From IMG/VR virus record IMGVR_UViG_3300030019_000008: 64,000 nucleotides of DNA; one strand, given 5' to 3'. The notes under the pieces were generated by a model. The model ran no database searches. It was not told the origin of the DNA and worked only from the letters and a program-made list of their open reading frames with translations. A program made the translations under genes and the position numbers. Shown piece by piece: positions 9,211 to 19,692 of this stretch. This stretch comes from a virus. Within the stretch, counting starts at the first letter, position 1, and every line of letters begins with the position of its first letter.

Positions 9211-10077
9211 TCAGCACAGCACGCTTGAGGCATTCTTTACAAATGTGAGACTGGGTTCGAATGCCTCCTTGGCAGCGATAAAGAGATCATTCATGTAACT
9301 CTGATTCACCTGACAGCAGTTGTTTACCAAGTGGGTCAGAAATCCCGCTGTCAAAGATTCACCGATAGGATACTTCAGATACTCCATCACATCGGCAGTA
9401 GCAAACGCCGGATCAGCAGGTATGCCGACTTCAATTTCACGAGGACTGAGCACTTTCACAACAGGCAAAGAAGTATCGCCAGTCAGACGAAACACAGCTG
9501 AGCACTGGTCTTTGTCGATAGAAATTGTGGCATAGAACGTCATCTCAGCAGCATTGTAAGAAATAGCTGCAACGTTACCACCATTCATACGTTGTAGGGT
9601 GTTCCATGCATACGTCCACCAGCACACACCCGGAACAGTTTTCTTCCTGAGTGTGGTAGGGATGTTGGGAAAGATGATGGGTTTCACATCCCAGAAACCG
9701 GCATTGTCCCAACCCAGTTGTTCGACCAGATCTTCACAGATGCTGTGAAGAGTGACACGCTTCGCACTGGTGAGGATCGGTCGTTTATTCTTGACGACAC
9801 CAAAATTGATTGCTTCGCGCGCCAGGAGGGTATCGAACAATTGCTGTGCATGTGCTACTGCGCACTTATCGCACCTCATCAATTCAGCATTAAGGAAGAT
9901 GAGGATTTCGGCAGCATAGTTCCTGTTTTTGGAAACAGTGCTGTTGATGGTGAACCAGCAATGCCTATCCACCTTCTTGGAGGCCGCCATCTTCGTGAAT
10001 TCGATATGCACCTTCACCTTGTCACCGTTGGCACAGGTGAAGATCTTGTTTGAGGTACGTTTGATTCCAGACTTCAT
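9211..10077 (-). CDS. Hypothetical protein
   Basis: 288-aa ORF with GGAG RBS. Confidence 0.65.
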   Translation of the reverse strand: MKSGIKRTSNKIFTCANGDKVKVHIEFTKMAASKKVDRHCWFTINSTVSKNRNYAAEILIFLNAELMRCDKCAVAHAQQLFDTLLAREAINFGVVKNKRPILTSAKRVTLHSICEDLVEQLGWDNAGFWDVKPIIFPNIPTTLRKKTVPGVCWWTYAWNTLQRMNGGNVAAISYNAAEMTFYATISIDKDQCSAVFRLTGDTSLPVVKVLSPREIEVGIPADPAFATADVMEYLKYPIGESLTAGFLTHLVNNCCQVNQSYMNDLFIAAKEAFEPSLTFVKNASSVLC

Positions 10078-10310
10078 TCTTCTTTCTCCAGAGCAGTCAG
10101 AGACACACAGCGATCATCTCGCATGAACAAAATCGAAGTAAACGTGTTCATCAACGGGTTCAAGATAGACCACTTCTCCCATCTTGAACACACCTTGGAA
10201 CATACATCCCCGCCCCGGACAATCCCTCATATCAAGGACGCCAGTGAGGACCGGGGTCGGTAACTCAGAATCTTGTTTATCCATAAATCTCTCCAGCTAG
10301 TTAAAAAAGA

Positions 10311-10574
10311 CTAGTCGACAAGATGAATTGAACCACCCAGATCGGCCTGAATGCCCTTGAGAATCTTCGTACTGTCGTCGAACACATTTTCGGCAAGACC
10401 GTCGACGTTCTCGTAGACCGACAGAATGCAGTCGAGACGATGGATCTGAGGAACCAACTGCGCAGTGGCTTTCTCAGCAACATCGATGTTGAAGTGGTGT
10501 TGCACACGTTCGAGGCCTGCTTCAATTGTTGCAATACGAGCTTTGATTTGTTCAATCAACTTTCCAGTTTCCAT
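10311..10574 (-). CDS. Small hypothetical protein
   Basis: 87 aa, AGGAG RBS. Confidence 0.65.
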   Translation of the reverse strand: METGKLIEQIKARIATIEAGLERVQHHFNIDVAEKATAQLVPQIHRLDCILSVYENVDGLAENVFDDSTKILKGIQADLGGSIHLVD

Positions 10575-10630
10575 GAATTACTCCTAATCACACCACAGCC
10601 CTATTGTGGGACTGTGGTGTGGGTAGTGGG

Positions 10631-12424
10631 TTATTGTTCTTTCAGGTATGCACGGATAGCAGTGAGCATGCCACTGTAGCCACCCGGCACGTTTATCATA
10701 CGAAGATTTTGAAACTTGGATGCCATTTCCGTGATCTGATGACTGGTATGCGCTGTGTGAATGAAGACGGCATCAGCTTCCTTGATCAGACCGTTGAAGG
10801 TATTGGCACCATCGAACGAGCTCCAGCAAACCACATTCAGCTCTTTTGCAAATGCCTGAACAACACGAGCTGACTGGATAGGCTTCAGACCAGCCACCAC
10901 GACCTTAGGCAGGCGTTTACGGGCCTGAGCTTTGGTAGTGGTAGGAATGTGCTCCTCGGTAGCAACAACGCCACCAGTGGGCTGCAAACCAGTGTTGTGG
11001 ATGAGATTACTGGTTGTTGCACTGTCGATCGTGGCAGCCGTAATGCTGAGCACGAACTTACCCATTTCCTTCAACGAATCATTCAGCTCTTTTTCTTTAG
11101 CTTTGAGTCTTGTCTCCATGGCAGACAGATTGTCAACAGCCTTTTGTGCCGTCTCGATGATCTTGGAATTCTCGATTGACCTGGCAGTCCTTTCTTCTGC
11201 CAAAAGCTTCAGAGCGTGTTCAGACAGATTGCAAGCCGAGGTAGCAGCAGTGAGTAGATTGGTAACTGAGCCAAGAAACTCAGCGAGGCCATCGCTCATA
11301 GCGCTCATGGAGACATTCGGTTCAGGTTTGCTTGTCGCTGACGCAGGTTCATAGCTATTGAAGACATCTTTGCGGTTTTGTTCCCTGTACACATCCGAGT
11401 ACTGATTGGAATACTTCCAGCCAGCATCGGTAATGCGGACATACCCTGCAAAATGCCCATATGCCAGGCAGACATTTCCATCCCGACCAGGAACGACGAT
11501 GCTATTGATCGATTCATTGTTTTTGCAGACCAGAGAACCGATCTCTTTGAGATAACACTGGAGCGGTGTGCCAAACTCATTTCCGAAAGCATTGATTTTC
11601 AAGAGCAACTCGTAAACGTCGCGATAAAACACATCGACGCCAGAGTCGTTGTTCTTTTCTTCGCTAGGTCCGATAGGAACAGGAGGCTTCCTCCAATTGA
11701 AATACTCATCGGATTGAGCCCCAGCAGCAAGAGACTGGGGGGTGATCAGACTATCCTGGTAGTCCTGGTGGGCGAACTTCAGTTCATCAAAAACCACAGT
11801 GCCGTGGTTTTCTTCGAAAGCACTGAGGAACTTCATGCCTTCATCACTGACACTGACGACATAGTCCCCATCTTCTTGGAAGTCACTGATGTGAACCAGT
11901 GTGTCACCATTAGCAATGATGCCGAAGAGATAATTCATCAGATCGGTAGCTGGTGGTGAGAATAGATTACGAGCACTACCCTCAATGCATTTCAGAAGCT
12001 CGGAATTCCTGAGCTCGTATTTGGGAAGCGACCTGTGAGACGCCCAATCGATAAACTTGATGATGGAACAGGCCCGATAAATATTGAGTTCTTCTTTTGC
12101 CATATCGATCGGACGCATCTCGTATTCATAGGTCTGGATCTCGGGAGTGACGACATTCCCATTTTCCTGCTCATGCTTCTTGAGTCGGGTTAGGCCGTAT
12201 TCCGTGATAGCGTACTCATTAACATTCAGGAATGACAAGCTACCCGATTCATTCTTGACGGTCTTGCTAACTACGACGTCTTTGCCTTTGCATCCCATTG
12301 TGGAGAGGGCAGCAGCCATAGAGCGGCTACCACTCACCTCAACCATCTTGGCGTAGGTCATAGGACCATACGAGAGAAACTTCAGGATCTGCATTGAGGC
12401 AGGAGTGGCTTTTGCATTATTCAT
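10631..12424 (-). CDS. Multi-winged-helix / coiled-coil / DUF2325-like protein
   Basis: YAITEYG, VSVSDEG and VRITDAG wing-helix motifs; coiled coil; C-terminal ADAVFIHTAHTSH...GGYSGM resembling DUF2325. Confidence 0.55.
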   Translation of the reverse strand: MNNAKATPASMQILKFLSYGPMTYAKMVEVSGSRSMAAALSTMGCKGKDVVVSKTVKNESGSLSFLNVNEYAITEYGLTRLKKHEQENGNVVTPEIQTYEYEMRPIDMAKEELNIYRACSIIKFIDWASHRSLPKYELRNSELLKCIEGSARNLFSPPATDLMNYLFGIIANGDTLVHISDFQEDGDYVVSVSDEGMKFLSAFEENHGTVVFDELKFAHQDYQDSLITPQSLAAGAQSDEYFNWRKPPVPIGPSEEKNNDSGVDVFYRDVYELLLKINAFGNEFGTPLQCYLKEIGSLVCKNNESINSIVVPGRDGNVCLAYGHFAGYVRITDAGWKYSNQYSDVYREQNRKDVFNSYEPASATSKPEPNVSMSAMSDGLAEFLGSVTNLLTAATSACNLSEHALKLLAEERTARSIENSKIIETAQKAVDNLSAMETRLKAKEKELNDSLKEMGKFVLSITAATIDSATTSNLIHNTGLQPTGGVVATEEHIPTTTKAQARKRLPKVVVAGLKPIQSARVVQAFAKELNVVCWSSFDGANTFNGLIKEADAVFIHTAHTSHQITEMASKFQNLRMINVPGGYSGMLTAIRAYLKEQ

Positions 12425-12461
12425 GGTTTCGTTCCTTTCATTCTTGGATTTGGTGGGATAA

Positions 12462-12938
12462 TTACCAACGGGCTGGAGCGCGCTCGGTGGAGCAAGCTAA
12501 AGCACCATTGCTTATGGAGAAAGTCTTTTTGGGTAGTTTATCGAGGTCAAACTCCGTATACCCAATCACATCGCCCTCAGATACCGTCATGTACGGCAAT
12601 AACCATGTCAAGAACTTGACATATTCATCATCGTACTCCTTGATACTGCCCGAGCCAATGAGACGGTACTCATCCCCCTCCTGGATAAATTGGTTCTTAC
12701 ACGTCGATGGTAGGTAGACGCAGGAACAACTCAACACTGACGACCATCGATCACATTTGAAAAAGGGATCATCGAGAACCTGCAAGATCCGGAACTGGTC
12801 GAGAAAAATGATCTCAGCCAGTGCATTACTTATCTCACCATCCGATGTCAGGAATGTCAATATCTCCCGAACATCTACGGGAGTATCGGATTTGAGTTTG
12901 ACATTGAGTGTCAAACGAGTATAATCTCCCATCACCAA
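12462..12938 (-). CDS. Hypothetical phage protein
   Basis: 158-aa ORF; probable start at MGDY with GAGG RBS. Confidence 0.65.
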   Translation of the reverse strand: MVMGDYTRLTLNVKLKSDTPVDVREILTFLTSDGEISNALAEIIFLDQFRILQVLDDPFFKCDRWSSVLSCSCVYLPSTCKNQFIQEGDEYRLIGSGSIKEYDDEYVKFLTWLLPYMTVSEGDVIGYTEFDLDKLPKKTFSISNGALACSTERAPARW

Positions 12939-12982
12939 CCTCTTTTCAATACAGTTTGTCCAGATGAAATTATTGCAAGTTG

Positions 12983-13351
12983 TTAGTTCGTGACCCTGAC
13001 AAAGTTTCTTGTGCTGATGGAGAAAATAGCATCTCTGCTATTAAAATTGTCTTCTAGGAACCTAAAACCATCCCTGGTGATGGTGTAATTGCCCTCATGA
13101 TCCTCTTCCAGATACGCCCTCATTTCAGGTATGGCGTTGAGCATATCTTTCGTAGAACTGAGCTTGAATGTCTTGGTATTCACAAACCCTGAAATAGGTG
13201 CTTCAGCAGCCATGTACAAATGCATCAGCGGAACATGAGCACCAAAGTAGTCCCCGATGGAGCTAGCCCGGCGCTTGAGGAAGGCATCAGTGATGTGGAC
13301 AGCTTTGTTAATCTTGGTCATCTTTTTCTCCGTTGATGATGTAAAACACAA
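12983..13351 (-). CDS. Small putative winged-helix protein
   Basis: YTITRDGFRFL motif; likely start at MTKINK (GGAG RBS). Confidence 0.5.
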   Translation of the reverse strand: MCFTSSTEKKMTKINKAVHITDAFLKRRASSIGDYFGAHVPLMHLYMAAEAPISGFVNTKTFKLSSTKDMLNAIPEMRAYLEEDHEGNYTITRDGFRFLEDNFNSRDAIFSISTRNFVRVTN

Positions 13352-13409
13352 TTACAAGCTCACCCATACACACAGGCAATCTAGTCTGTGTGTATGGGTA
13401 TGTGACCGT

Positions 13410-15353
13410 TTATTCGAACGGCCTGACAGCATTGATGTTGTTGAAATCGATCTTCTTGATGACGTCCTTGCAGAGCCTCAGAGTTTCCTTCCCGATCGGC
13501 GTGAGCACACACGTGCGTTTTCCGTCAACATCGGTAGTGCCGACAATGCATTCACTGAGTTCTTCAGCCAGACTTTTTACCGAAATGAAGGTCTGAGTTT
13601 GGATATAGACGAACCCAATGGCATCGGGCGCCTTCGACAGGATCTTGAGCATGACGATGGCTGGATCACTCAGGCTCAGATTGATGGCCTTACCGACATA
13701 TGCCGTTCCGCCACTGATGAGAGTATCGAGCTTGCTCTGAAGATCACTGATGGTCTGCTGAAATTTTGCCACTTCATGCTCAGCGGTGTGTCTTGCTTGA
13801 GCCAGTGCTTCCCCAAGAGAAAAGATCTTGGCTTCTGCGATCTCCAGATTGGATTTGAGGTTATCCACAGTGTTTTCAATATTCCGAAAACGGTCAAGAA
13901 CCGACTTCGATTCCCTAACCAGATCGAGATGTTTTCTGGGCAAGAAACGATTGGCAAAGGCACTGCTGGAAATCTCCCCCTTCGGAAAGAAATTACCCAT
14001 CAACTTTTCGATTGTTTTCACAGCCTCCTCTGCATCCCGCCGACACATCTCTTCGGTCTCATGAATCAGATCATCCAGATCAATTTTATTGGTGTCTGCC
14101 GGTGTGTTGTGACAGTCATCTTGCTTTTCTTCACTCACGACTTCGCGCACAGCGGCGGGTATGGTTGCAGAAAATATGTTGATGGCACCAAGGTACGATA
14201 ACTTCATCGCAGCCTCCGTACCACTGGATGTAAGTTTAAACTGATTATTTTTGCTCTCAACGCAAGCAAGGTGGTTTTTCAGCATGAAAGACATTGCTTC
14301 AACCGTAGTGCCGTCATTGGAATCCGGATCAAGCTTTTTTGCGACCTTTCGAAGCTGTGGTGAAGTCAGAACGTAATCACCAATAAGAACTGCCAACACC
14401 GTTTTCCATTCGGGTGTGCGCATAAGTCGATCATCAATAGATGCTTTGAACTTGTTCACTGTAGTTTCTTCTTCAGGGCTTTTGGGTTTCTCGACAGATG
14501 GGGCTTCGTCGATGGTCTGCTGTAGAGCTTCATCGAGAGCTTTTTGCTGAACTTCAGTCATGTCCTTTCCCTTAGCTATTACGCGCTGGAGATCTTCCAC
14601 ATCATCGATGAAGCCGGCGAGTTGTCTGTTATGGATGAAAACCTGGATCTCATTGCGGATAACATTCATGATTTCTGTGTAGCTGCTATCCTTATCAAAA
14701 TGCGTTTCTGCAAGCAATGCGTGCCCTCGTTCGGTGAGCTCATAAACATCGCTCTCTTCTTGCTTCCGAAGGCGGCGACGACTCAAGCTAGACAGAAACA
14801 AGAGATTGTCAGCTACCTCGCCAAAAATAACAGCCATGCCGGCATTACTGAAAATACTGACGAGCAGCCTGCATGATGCAGGACAGATACTGAGAATGCT
14901 CAATATCAAATAGTCCAACTTCACAGGACCGTGGTTTTCCATGGTTTTTCTTACTTCATTGTGGAACCAGTTATTAAACTTGACATCGCTCACCACCTTG
15001 AGTTGGTCCAGACGAGCGATGCCCTTATCTGTAATCCGAACCATCCGCTGACGCTTCCAGGTTACTGGGCACCCTGTGTGCAGCTGCACGAGAGCAAAGG
15101 AATTGAAGTGATCCCGCTCAGTATCAATGAACTTTCCTGCCAGCAACATGCCCAGCTCCAACTCAAGATCGACACCCTCAAGCCTGAGCTTGGAGAGCAG
15201 TCGTTCAATCTGAAAGTCGTACATTGCTGTGTGACGAACAATATACAGGATATTGATACCAGCATCCATGATAGTACCCATCACTTGGGCGTTATTGGGT
15301 GCCTGTTCTTTGGACAGGTCGTCATTCTGGGACTTCTTATTTTTTTCGGTCAT
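13410..15353 (-). CDS. Multi-winged-helix coiled-coil protein
   Basis: VRITDKG, YELTERG, FKLTSSG and CVLTPIG motifs; coiled coil before the last repeat. Confidence 0.55.
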   Translation of the reverse strand: MTEKNKKSQNDDLSKEQAPNNAQVMGTIMDAGINILYIVRHTAMYDFQIERLLSKLRLEGVDLELELGMLLAGKFIDTERDHFNSFALVQLHTGCPVTWKRQRMVRITDKGIARLDQLKVVSDVKFNNWFHNEVRKTMENHGPVKLDYLILSILSICPASCRLLVSIFSNAGMAVIFGEVADNLLFLSSLSRRRLRKQEESDVYELTERGHALLAETHFDKDSSYTEIMNVIRNEIQVFIHNRQLAGFIDDVEDLQRVIAKGKDMTEVQQKALDEALQQTIDEAPSVEKPKSPEEETTVNKFKASIDDRLMRTPEWKTVLAVLIGDYVLTSPQLRKVAKKLDPDSNDGTTVEAMSFMLKNHLACVESKNNQFKLTSSGTEAAMKLSYLGAINIFSATIPAAVREVVSEEKQDDCHNTPADTNKIDLDDLIHETEEMCRRDAEEAVKTIEKLMGNFFPKGEISSSAFANRFLPRKHLDLVRESKSVLDRFRNIENTVDNLKSNLEIAEAKIFSLGEALAQARHTAEHEVAKFQQTISDLQSKLDTLISGGTAYVGKAINLSLSDPAIVMLKILSKAPDAIGFVYIQTQTFISVKSLAEELSECIVGTTDVDGKRTCVLTPIGKETLRLCKDVIKKIDFNNINAVRPFE

Positions 15354-15356
15354 TTC

Positions 15357-15926
15357 TCAGTTCCTTTTCCAGTTCTTGCGCTCGTGTTGCATTTGTTCGT
15401 TTTGAATGTAGGCTTCTTTACGCAGGGCCTCAAACACATCAGACATACTCCTATCCAAGTTTGATAGGATGTTAGTAATACCGAGACTGAATGATGTATT
15501 CTTCAGAAGCCTCGCCACATGCTTATCGAATGTCATCGGTTCCAGGTATTTCTCCTTTCCATAGATCCAGATGAACGGCAGATATTCCTCATACCCAAAT
15601 TCAGGTAGTGAACCCAATACACACATCTTGGTGCTGTACAGTGGTGCATACTGGCCATGCAAAACATCACCGCTGTGCCTTGGCAGCTTAGCTACCACAT
15701 CATGCTCGAAGTACGCCACCCAATGATCTATAGCCCATGCAGGCGGTACATACCCGTAATTGCCGAATATGTCAGACCAGACGTACTTGTAGAACTGATG
15801 CAGCGTGCTTGACTCATTCACTGTGGTAATGTAATCGTGAATACCAATCAAGGCATCGCAATCAAGAAAAGATCGGACGCTAAAACTAGCTGTGAGATCG
15901 AATTGACCGAGATATCCATTTTCCAT
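15357..15926 (-). CDS. Hypothetical protein
   Basis: 189-aa ORF downstream of a promoter-like motif. Confidence 0.65.
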   Translation of the reverse strand: MENGYLGQFDLTASFSVRSFLDCDALIGIHDYITTVNESSTLHQFYKYVWSDIFGNYGYVPPAWAIDHWVAYFEHDVVAKLPRHSGDVLHGQYAPLYSTKMCVLGSLPEFGYEEYLPFIWIYGKEKYLEPMTFDKHVARLLKNTSFSLGITNILSNLDRSMSDVFEALRKEAYIQNEQMQHERKNWKRN

Positions 15927-16049
15927 TTGACGTAATTACCCCCATTAGAAAAGAGTTACATACCCTCACCTAATGGTAATGTATGTTTGAATATTTTCAG
16001 AACACGGCAAATAGCCAGCCATACATGGCTGGCCTTTGTGTACCCGCGA

Positions 16050-16571
16050 TTACTTCCATGCCTTGATGTAGATAGTGGGCTCTTGCTTTTCCATTGCTAT
16101 CGCAACAGAATGTGAGAACCACTCATACATGGCGATGTGTTCGGGATTGATAGGAACCTTACCCTTTAGAAGGGATTCCTTGATCAAGCCAGTGATGGGA
16201 AGATACACATAAGTATCCTCATGAGTGAGGAGTCCTTTTGCCAGATGACCATCAATAAGGGTGGAAAAATCCGCCATTTTGCAATCCATCAGGAATGCGC
16301 GCCATTGCTCATAATCAGCGAACGCCCGCTCACCAGAGTCTGTCCCGTGATCCCTGTCGAAATAAACAGGTGCTACTTGGCAATATACGCTATCAGGAAC
16401 ACGAACATCTCTGCTACCAATTACCACCCTGATTTTCATGATGATTTCCTCTACACTTTTGCAGTAGTTGTATCGTAATGCTGGTTGATGAGCCTCTCTG
16501 TCACAGTGCAGATGACAGAGACAGCGTTCATTATCGTTCGATTGGTTGGGTGTAGTGGATGAAGCATGCAC
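16050..16571 (-). CDS. Hypothetical protein (true start probably MKIRVV near 16440)
   Basis: GAGG RBS before the internal ATG. Confidence 0.6.
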   Translation of the reverse strand: MHASSTTPNQSNDNERCLCHLHCDREAHQPALRYNYCKSVEEIIMKIRVVIGSRDVRVPDSVYCQVAPVYFDRDHGTDSGERAFADYEQWRAFLMDCKMADFSTLIDGHLAKGLLTHEDTYVYLPITGLIKESLLKGKVPINPEHIAMYEWFSHSVAIAMEKQEPTIYIKAWK

Positions 16572-16729
16572 ACCAACAAATACTTGTTTGAACTGATGAG
16601 TGAATCAGTGATGGCAGGAGCCAGCAAGTGACTGAAGCTGAGTATGTATTTTGCCTGTCTTCTCAGCTCAATGATCTCCAACTCCCTTTGAATCACTATC
16701 AAACACCACTTCCAGAAACCCGCACTCAT
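16451..16729 (-). CDS. Small hypothetical protein
   Basis: 92 aa, AAGGA RBS, fills the gap between neighbours. Confidence 0.45.
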   Translation of the reverse strand: MSAGFWKWCLIVIQRELEIIELRRQAKYILSFSHLLAPAITDSLISSNKYLLVCMLHPLHPTNRTIMNAVSVICTVTERLINQHYDTTTAKV

Positions 16730-16758
16730 TCAGTTATCCTTTCATGGCACTGACTGTC

Positions 16759-17676
16759 TTACATGTCTGCCAGCAGTTTGTTGGCTTCCTTGAATGCCGC
16801 CTCAAGGTTCTGCAAGTCCTCAATAGTGCTCTTGCCTTGAGATACCGTACTCACCAAGCCACCGATATTCACCACCAGATCATTGAGTTTTTTCTGCTTT
16901 TCGATCAATGCCTGATGATTGGCTTGAAGTGCTTTGAGTCTGTACTCCATCCTTTTGAGGTTATCGACGTTTGAAGGATTCGCTTCCACCATCTGCTGTA
17001 CGACTCTATCAATATCCAGATTCGGATACTCCTTCATCAAACCAGTCACGGTACTGTCAAACCAACACCCCACCGATACCTTGATATCATCCCGTGCACC
17101 CAATGATGCTCTGAAGAAAGTAATACCGCGGATATTGATCCCATCCACCAAGAAATTCTTCACATCTTTTACAGTCGAGAAGTACTCCTTGAATTCATCA
17201 AAGGTAAACAAGACCTCAGCAAAGGTATTCCCGTTGTAGTAACTGGTGGGATTGATACTCTCGTGGACCTTGAGTGTGCGGCTATAAATCAGCACACACG
17301 ACACCCCAATAGCTGTCCGTGCATCACAAAACTCCTGTCCGAATACCGTCACAGGTTTCCTGGAGTAGATGCTCGATTGAAGAGCATCTACCATTTTCTT
17401 GATGGTGTCGTTCTTCAGCATATCGTCGAGCCATACCCGACCGTCCTCTGTGACCACATACATACGCTTAGCGCACGTACCAGAGCGCTTGTGTGCCTGG
17501 ATCAACTCTCCTTTGCATAGGAACTTGTTTCTCAGTCCTGTCTGAAGAGTAGAGTCGGCATTGCCAAACACTTCAACCAACGTTGATCTGGTGCATCCCT
17601 CATCTTTCATGTAGGCCAGCATGAGAGCCAGACGCTGAGCCACTATGTTAGTGATGGCCATGACTAATCCTTTCAA
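16759..17676 (-). CDS. N-terminal winged-helix, C-terminal coiled-coil protein
   Basis: MYVVTEDGRVWL motif; heptad-rich C-terminus. Confidence 0.55.
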   Translation of the reverse strand: MKGLVMAITNIVAQRLALMLAYMKDEGCTRSTLVEVFGNADSTLQTGLRNKFLCKGELIQAHKRSGTCAKRMYVVTEDGRVWLDDMLKNDTIKKMVDALQSSIYSRKPVTVFGQEFCDARTAIGVSCVLIYSRTLKVHESINPTSYYNGNTFAEVLFTFDEFKEYFSTVKDVKNFLVDGINIRGITFFRASLGARDDIKVSVGCWFDSTVTGLMKEYPNLDIDRVVQQMVEANPSNVDNLKRMEYRLKALQANHQALIEKQKKLNDLVVNIGGLVSTVSQGKSTIEDLQNLEAAFKEANKLLADM

Positions 17677-18220
17677 TGATCAAATAGAAGCTTCACAGAG
17701 GAATTCCCTGATCAGTAGTTTGTTACCATACCTCAAAAACACGGCATAAACCCAGACCTCCCTGGTCTGGATAGGTTATCTGCCTTGGTTCTCAGGTAGT
17801 TATCCCTATTTCCTTGTGTAACTGTCCCAGTACTGAGGCAGTACAAAAAACAATAGAGGGGGCTTCGCCCCCTAATGGAAAAGGAAAGTAAGTGTTTATC
17901 TACAGGATATCGTTCCGCTACGCTACACTCATCCTTCCGATAAACAGAGGAGAGTAAGCCTCGTACATGTCTCCATCTATCGATGTCGTCATTCACTCGG
18001 GTTTTAAGTACTCAAAATAAAACAAGCACCAATAAAAAAATACTTTCAGTATTTGTTTCATTGATTCTTGTTCTGAGAATGATTACTTTTCTTGAAATTG
18101 AAAATGATAAGAAACATCATAAACCAGAAAGTTAAGCTTTGTTCTTGCTTTAGGGTTTATGACATATGCAACTATCTGAGAAGGCATAACAGGTAAGGTT
18201 TCCCCTACCTGCTAGTTGGG

Positions 18221-18784
18221 TTACAGTTCAGACAATCCACTATTCAAGATCCAAGCATCCTTCTCACGATTGTAGAAGTGATTAGCCCACACCATGTCCA
18301 CCTCGACGGGTGTACAAGCATGAGGTTGATCGAACTGCCGGATCTTCACACAGACATGAACACCATCCATATCTGTCATGGGAGACTTGTTTCTCCTGAA
18401 GCTAATCGAGAAGTCCAAGCTGATATATCCCTGGAACTTCTTGATGGAGAGAATGTATGTGTTAACGCGGTTTATAGCCGTTTTGAGAGGACTTTCGAAC
18501 TTGTCTGACAGAGTGTTGGTCAGATCCATATCAAGGCTGTAGATGACCTCATTCGTCCTCCTAGCTATATAGGCACAGACATTATCCATGATCTCACCCA
18601 CATCAATCATGGCCTCTGCCAGGAGCTTGTTATCAGTGGGTATGGAGATGATGGGTTCATTACTCAGATCCTTATCTTCCTTGGATGTTAAGTCCAAAAA
18701 AAATTTGATCATGACGTCGTTCTCTCTGAAGTGAGCTATGTTGCAGCTCATCTCCATCTTTCTCTTTACTTCAATGTTACACAT
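18221..18784 (-). CDS. Hypothetical protein
   Basis: 187-aa ORF. Confidence 0.6.
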   Translation of the reverse strand: MCNIEVKRKMEMSCNIAHFRENDVMIKFFLDLTSKEDKDLSNEPIISIPTDNKLLAEAMIDVGEIMDNVCAYIARRTNEVIYSLDMDLTNTLSDKFESPLKTAINRVNTYILSIKKFQGYISLDFSISFRRNKSPMTDMDGVHVCVKIRQFDQPHACTPVEVDMVWANHFYNREKDAWILNSGLSEL

Positions 18785-18860
18785 CTTGAATTCCTTCTAA
18801 TAGCATCCTTACTCTGAAGCACACTGGGGACAATGTGTTTTAGACTAAGTGCTAAACTGG

Positions 18861-19088
18861 TTAGACTGTTTCCAGTAGCTTTACCAGCTCAGCATTGCTG
18901 ATGCCTTGAGTGATTTGAGAGTTGATCCTCACTTGCCACTCACTATCGAACACCTGCACAAATTCGTACAGGCCCTTGGTGGTGTTCAGTATCACGCGGT
19001 TGGGATGCACTCCAACGGTCTTGATCACTGCTACCACACCGATTAGTGCTAGTGCCTTATACAAGCGCACTTTCGTCTTGTTACTCAT
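18861..19088 (-). CDS. Small membrane-anchored hypothetical protein
   Basis: Hydrophobic ALALIGVVAVI segment; AAGGA RBS. Confidence 0.55.
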   Translation of the reverse strand: MSNKTKVRLYKALALIGVVAVIKTVGVHPNRVILNTTKGLYEFVQVFDSEWQVRINSQITQGISNAELVKLLETV

Positions 19089-19162
19089 GGTATTTCCTTC
19101 AGGTTAAATAAGGGGGAGGACGATTCCTGCCCCTTGGACTTTTAGCGAGAATGTGGTCATGG

Positions 19163-19492
19163 CTACTTGGTCATGACCTCTGCGTCGAAGTAGAGCTGGA
19201 TCTGCTTAGCAGACTCTTCATCAATCTTGAATTGTGTTCCGGTATCTGAGTCGTCATCAGGACTCATGATGATGCGGCAGATGCCTTCACTATGAATGTA
19301 CATGATCGTGCCACCACCAGTACGCTGAGTTCTTACAGCAATACGATTATGGCCAAATTCGATCTTGGTAACTTCACCAAGGTTGAGCTCCCGTACCACA
19401 ATACCAATGCCGTCCAGCACGACATTGATATTATCAAACGAGACACGATGCCTCTCGAGAAGGCGAATAACTGACAGTAAGTCTTCAGGCAT
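19163..19492 (-). CDS. Hypothetical protein
   Basis: 109-aa ORF. Confidence 0.6.
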   Translation of the reverse strand: MPEDLLSVIRLLERHRVSFDNINVVLDGIGIVVRELNLGEVTKIEFGHNRIAVRTQRTGGGTIMYIHSEGICRIIMSPDDDSDTGTQFKIDEESAKQIQLYFDAEVMTK

Positions 19493-19501
19493 GATACACT
19501 T

Positions 19502-19591
19502 TCAAATGGATAATAAGAACATCGCTACGATAGCGATGATGATGATAGTGGAACGGATAAAACCTTTGTTGTTGTACTCGATCACGAACAT
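19502..19591 (-). CDS. Putative 29-aa membrane microprotein
   Basis: MFVIEYNNKGFIRSTIIIIAIVAMFLLSI*, AAGGGG RBS. Confidence 0.45.
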   Translation of the reverse strand: MFVIEYNNKGFIRSTIIIIAIVAMFLLSI

Positions 19592-19692
19592 GGTGAAACC
19601 CCTTGTAATGGTGAACCGATTACTTGCGTAAAAGGATAAACCGGCATAACCAGACTACAGAGGGCATCTGCCCTCTGTAGTCTGTGCTGCTA

